Assembly (NCBI GenBank): GCA_963726745.1
Contig: CAVSDR010000006.1
Coordinates: 896,001 to 960,000 of the forward strand
Length of the DNA: 64,000 nt
Source: an uncultured Verrucomicrobiae bacterium
GTDB lineage: Bacteria > Verrucomicrobiota > Verrucomicrobiia > Chthoniobacterales > UBA10450
Reading direction: 5' to 3'
The first letter of the stretch is position 1; each line of letters begins with the position of its first letter. A model generated the notes under the pieces. That model worked only from the letters and a program-made list of their open reading frames with translations, made no database searches and was not told where the DNA came from. The translations under genes and the position numbers were made by a program. Below, piece after piece: positions 60,117 to 64,000 of this stretch.

Positions 60117-63011
60117 TTACTTCTCGATGGTGCCTTCGGGCGAATTCACGATCAGGTAAATTGCGGTCCGGGCGCGCTCGGTGGGATTACTCGCCGGGAT
60201 CTGGCCGAGGGCGTTGATCAAGGTCGTGCGCATCGCGCTCGACATCGTCCCGGCCATGAGGACGGCGTTCAAGTGGTCGGCTAATTTTGCCGGATCGGAG
60301 GCGAGCGCGATTTCGTTGGCGAGGTTTAAGGTAATCCGGTTCGAGCTCGGCCCGAGATAAGTGTAGATCGCGTTGCGCAGGAAATTCGCCGCCGTGATCG
60401 TGGTCGTCTCGGTGTTGATCTGGAATTCCGGACTGCGCAATCCCGCGGCCGCGATCGCTCCCGGCGCCTGGTAATCCGGTTCGAAGAAATTGAAGACCGT
60501 GGGCGAGTGCATCGCTTCCTCGGCAAGCGCGGTGTAGGCGCCGCGCACAGAGAAATTGCCGTCCGGCGAGCTGGCGTTAAAAGCGCGCAGGAGACTCGTC
60601 ACGCGCAGGACCGGCTCGCGCAATTTGCCGACGCCTTGGCCGCTCCGTGGATTGCCGCGCGCGTCGTAATCCAGCAGGACCGCGCGAATCACCGCCTGCA
60701 GGTCACCGCGCACGCCGTGGCCGTTGTCGTTAAAAACGGAAGCAACGCGGTAAATGTGACCGGGGCTTGGGTTGCTCGTGACCAAACGCTGGATGAGCTG
60801 GCGCGCGATGAACGGGCCGACGTTCGGATGTTGGAAAATTGCATCGAGCGTCGCCTTCAGGTCCTGCGACGCAGTTTGATTAGCCGGCAAGACGAGGCCG
60901 TTCAGAATCGTCTTGCTCGCGGTCTCATGCCGGCTGGCGATGCTGATCATCGGGTTCCGCCAATCCTGCCGGCCCGGATAGAAGACCGGCGTGCCGGTTT
61001 GCGCGTAGGTCCAGCCGGTGAAAGCCGCGGCTGTCCCGAGCACTGCTTCCTGGCCGTAGGTCGTGAGCGGAAAACCGTTCGAGGCCAGGGTAAGGCTGCC
61101 GTCGAGATTCAGCTGGTAAAGCCCGATGGAGAAAAGCTGCATGATCTCGCGCGCGTAGTTCTCGTTAGGCAAGGTGCCCTTGGCGGGGTTGGCCTTGTCG
61201 CTTTGGAGCATGTCCAGATAAGCGCCCATCGCGGGATTAAGGGTCACGTCCTCGAGAAGTTGCCGGTAGTTGCTGAAGGCATCGCGCACCAGGACGTCGT
61301 AGTACGCGGGCAAGGCATACGCGCGATTGCCGAGGCCGGCGCTGTTCAAGGAGACGACGAAGATCTGGCTAAGCGCGAAGGCGACGCGCTGCCGCAGTTG
61401 ATCGGGCGCGGCGATCGCGCGGGTCCACCAGGCATCATTCGTTTGCGTGACCGTGGGCTGGTTCGGCGTCGCGCCAGGCGAAGGGCTCGGCATGGCCGCG
61501 ACTGCCGCATCGACGAACGCAAGGTGCGACGAAGGCGGCGCGGCAAACTGGTCGTTGAGGAATTTGTCGAAGCCGTCGCTCTGCACTTTCGCGATCAGCG
61601 CGTTGTTGCCGCCAAAGGTCGCCTGGGAAAGGAAGCGCGCCGCATCCGTCGGCGTGGGCGTCCCAGCCGCGAGCGCTGGCGGCGGCGTGGGCACGGGCGC
61701 GGTTTGCGCGCCGCTGGAGAGGTTGAAGTAGCCCTTGATCTCGCCCGTGGGGAAGTTCGCGGTGTGCAGATTGATGTAAGCGCTGCCGCTTTTGATCATC
61801 GCCAAAATGTCGGCTACCGAGTGGGTGCCCACGTTGGTGAAGACCCAGATGTAGCTCCCGTCCGGCTGCGGCGCGACCGTGTCGAGATCGAAGAGGATCG
61901 AGCCATCCGAGGCGTGCACGTGGATGCCCGTGAGCGGCGAGGAAAGGTTGGCGTAGTTGTAGGAAATGACGGCTGATTTTTCATCGCCCGAGAGGCGGAG
62001 CGTGGCGCTGCCGGAGCCGTTTGAACCACTGGTCCCCTGCGCGCGCATCTGGGCGAGGAAAAGCGTGGAGCCATCGGCCTGCGGCGGCTGGTCGAGGTCG
62101 TACATTTCCAGCAAGGCCACGCCGGTGCTGCTGCGCGCGCCGCGGACGATCGCGGTGTAATTGCCCTGCGGCAGAGTCGCGAGGAGGGCCGGCTCGCGGT
62201 CGTCGGTCGGCGCAAGCGTGCTTGCATTCAACTCCGCCTGCTGGGTGGTGCGCCAGTTGTCGTTCTCGGCCAGGAGCGCGCCGTTGCCGTCATGCAATTC
62301 CAGCGTGGGATCGGCGAGGCTGCCGGGAATGGGGACGCCGTTGAGGAAGAGCGACGGGCCACGCACGCGCAGGACCATTTTCTTGGAAACGGAACCGCGG
62401 ACGATGAAGCCGCCGATCATGACGTTGTCACCCGTGAGCACGTTGCCGCGGGCGGAGATATTCGCCAGGCGGGCGGTCGCGCTCGGGCCGTCGATGTCGT
62501 AGACCTCAATCAAACCGACGCCGGTGGCGGCGCCGACGCCGCGCACGATCGCGGTGTAGGGCCCGGGCGTGAGCGTGGCCAGGATGGCGGCATCGCGATC
62601 GTTCGGTGGCGCCAGCTCGCTGGCTATGAGCGCATCCTGCTGGCTGCTGCGCCAATTGTCGTTCGTGGCCACGAGCCGGCCGCTGGCATCGTGCAATTCC
62701 AAAACCGGATCGGCCAGGGCCCCGGCGACCGGCAACGACGGCCCGAGCGCGCGGATGACGAGCTTCTTTTCCCCCGAGCCGGTGATGATGAACCCGCCGA
62801 TGAGGACGTTGTCGCCGGTCTGCACGACCATGCGGGTGGAGAGATTAACCGCGCTGGCGACGGACTGCGCGGCCGCGCTCTCGAGCCTTGCGCAAGAAAC
62901 AAGGAGCGCCAGGAAGAATGCGGTTCGACCGGTGAGCTTCACGGTTCCTCTGCGAGCAGTAAACAGACCGCCAGATGCGCGATCTCGCGAGGCAGAGACA
63001 GCAGGACGCAT
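60117..63011 (-). CDS. DUF1800 family protein with two N-terminal repeats and a CHRD-like domain (start uncertain)
   Basis: Two N(L/I)S(T/A)R..V.TGDNV.IGGF repeats, YINLHT.NFPTGEI.G (CHRD), RFLSQATFG, NENYAREIMQLF, KLREP, PTVFNFF. Confidence 0.85.
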   Translation of the reverse strand: MRPAVSASRDRASGGLFTARRGTVKLTGRTAFFLALLVSCARLESAAAQSVASAVNLSTRMVVQTGDNVLIGGFIITGSGEKKLVIRALGPSLPVAGALADPVLELHDASGRLVATNDNWRSSQQDALIASELAPPNDRDAAILATLTPGPYTAIVRGVGAATGVGLIEVYDIDGPSATARLANISARGNVLTGDNVMIGGFIVRGSVSKKMVLRVRGPSLFLNGVPIPGSLADPTLELHDGNGALLAENDNWRTTQQAELNASTLAPTDDREPALLATLPQGNYTAIVRGARSSTGVALLEMYDLDQPPQADGSTLFLAQMRAQGTSGSNGSGSATLRLSGDEKSAVISYNYANLSSPLTGIHVHASDGSILFDLDTVAPQPDGSYIWVFTNVGTHSVADILAMIKSGSAYINLHTANFPTGEIKGYFNLSSGAQTAPVPTPPPALAAGTPTPTDAARFLSQATFGGNNALIAKVQSDGFDKFLNDQFAAPPSSHLAFVDAAVAAMPSPSPGATPNQPTVTQTNDAWWTRAIAAPDQLRQRVAFALSQIFVVSLNSAGLGNRAYALPAYYDVLVRDAFSNYRQLLEDVTLNPAMGAYLDMLQSDKANPAKGTLPNENYAREIMQLFSIGLYQLNLDGSLTLASNGFPLTTYGQEAVLGTAAAFTGWTYAQTGTPVFYPGRQDWRNPMISIASRHETASKTILNGLVLPANQTASQDLKATLDAIFQHPNVGPFIARQLIQRLVTSNPSPGHIYRVASVFNDNGHGVRGDLQAVIRAVLLDYDARGNPRSGQGVGKLREPVLRVTSLLRAFNASSPDGNFSVRGAYTALAEEAMHSPTVFNFFEPDYQAPGAIAAAGLRSPEFQINTETTTITAANFLRNAIYTYLGPSSNRITLNLANEIALASDPAKLADHLNAVLMAGTMSSAMRTTLINALGQIPASNPTERARTAIYLIVNSPEGTIEK

Positions 63012-63088
63012 GGCCGATAGAACCGCGACGCGCCCCGGAAGTCGCGCTTTTTTAAGCAGCGCCCTATGCTTAATTGCCTACCCTGTTT

Positions 63089-63410
63089 ATGTCGGCCGCC
63101 GCCAAGAAATCTGAACCGGAAATCAACTTCGAAGCCGCGATGGACCGTCTTGGAGGCGATTGTGGAGCAGATGGAGTCCGGGAAAATGCACCTGGAGGAT
63201 CTGATTGTGCGTTACGAGGAAGGGATGAAGCTGGTCAAGACCTGCCAGGAACGTCTGAGCAGCGCCGAGCAGCGGATCGAGATGATCACGCGCAATCATG
63301 CTGGCAAAGCAGTGGTAAAGAATTTTGACAGCAAGACGCCGGCGCCCGCCGCGCCCTTGCCGGAAACAAAGGGAGAAACAGCACATGACGACGAAGTCCG
63401 ACTCTTCTGA
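63089..63410 (+). CDS. xseB: Exodeoxyribonuclease VII small subunit (apparent frameshift near 63150)
   Basis: FEAAMDR + LEAIVEQMESG...LED....YEEG..L...CQ..L..AEQRI, split over two frames. Confidence 0.85.
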
Positions 63411-64000
63411 GGCGCCCGCGAGCACGCGGCTGCTCGATGGCATCCATGGGCCTGCCGATATCAAGGCGCTGCGCGAGCAGGACCTGCCGCAGCTCGCGCA
63501 GGAAGTGCGCGACGACTTGATCCGCGTGCTTTCGCAGACCGGCGGGCATCTCGGGCCGAACCTCGGCGTGGTCGAGCTCACGATCGCGCTCCATCGCGTC
63601 TTCTCGACCCCGACGGATAAGTTTGTCTTCGACGTCAGCCACCAAGGCTACGTGCACAAAATGTTTACCGGCCGGCTGCCGCGCATCGACACCATGCGCC
63701 AGTATCAAGGGCTCAACGGCTTCCTCCTCCGCACCGAGAGCGAGCACGACAGCTACGGCGCGGGCCACGCGGGCACCGCCATCTCCGCCGCGCTCGGCAT
63801 GGCCGTGGGGCGCGATTTGCGCGGGACCGACGAGCACGTGGTCGCGGTCGCGGGCGATGCCGCTTTTACCTGCGGGATCAGCTACGAGGCGATGAACAAC
63901 GCCCGCTCGCAGACCAAGAAATTCATCGTCGTGCTGAACGACAACGAGTGGTCGATCGCGAAGAACGTCGGCGCGATTGCGTCCTACCTGAACAACATCG
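63385..64000 (+). CDS. dxs: 1-deoxy-D-xylulose-5-phosphate synthase, 5' part (runs off window; not in ORF track)
   Basis: Hand translation: GGHLGPNLGVVELTIALH, FDVSHQGYVHK, GAGHAGTAISAALG, GDAA..G..YEA.NN, LNDNEWSI. Confidence 0.93.
   Translation, partial: MTTKSDSSEAPASTRLLDGIHGPADIKALREQDLPQLAQEVRDDLIRVLSQTGGHLGPNLGVVELTIALHRVFSTPTDKFVFDVSHQGYVHKMFTGRLPRIDTMRQYQGLNGFLLRTESEHDSYGAGHAGTAISAALGMAVGRDLRGTDEHVVAVAGDAAFTCGISYEAMNNARSQTKKFIVVLNDNEWSIAKNVGAIASYLNNI

Overview
GC-rich chromosomal backbone, most consistent with a Verrucomicrobia (Chthoniobacterales-like) bacterium (inferred from gene content and style, not a database result). It carries about 60 mostly housekeeping genes, including a parB fragment, mqnD, lptD, ugd, rsmB, coaX, hemB, gpmI, a TonB-dependent receptor, ribE, aroD, dgt, pdhABC, rpsT, rnhC, mutY, trpB, gmk, split coaC/coaB, suhB, ispF, cysS, hemQ/chdC, gcvTH, xseB and a dxs fragment, plus tRNA-Tyr(GTA) and tRNA-Ser(GGA). 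I saw no transposase, integrase, phage gene or CRISPR array. About ten single-base frameshifts, several in essential genes, look like long-read indel errors. Two signals are not explained by the annotation. (1) A dispersed, strand-unbiased motif, CTCGTTAGGC/GCCTAACGAG: 19 exact 10-mers and 44 CGTTAG cores counted by eye, plus about 30 related (A/T)TAG(G/C/A)CAGC sites. It is written into genes with rare codons and often supplies stop codons, like a DNA-uptake sequence or a chromosome-wide protein-binding site. (2) Two diverged, mutually homologous, highly structured non-coding elements of about 350 and 450 nt, upstream of a LapG-like cysteine peptidase and a secreted protein. Smaller items include an unlisted 31-aa histone-H1-like microprotein, a catalytically degenerate alkaline phosphatase, a KS/CLF-like pair without an ACP and a pseudo-receiver protein.
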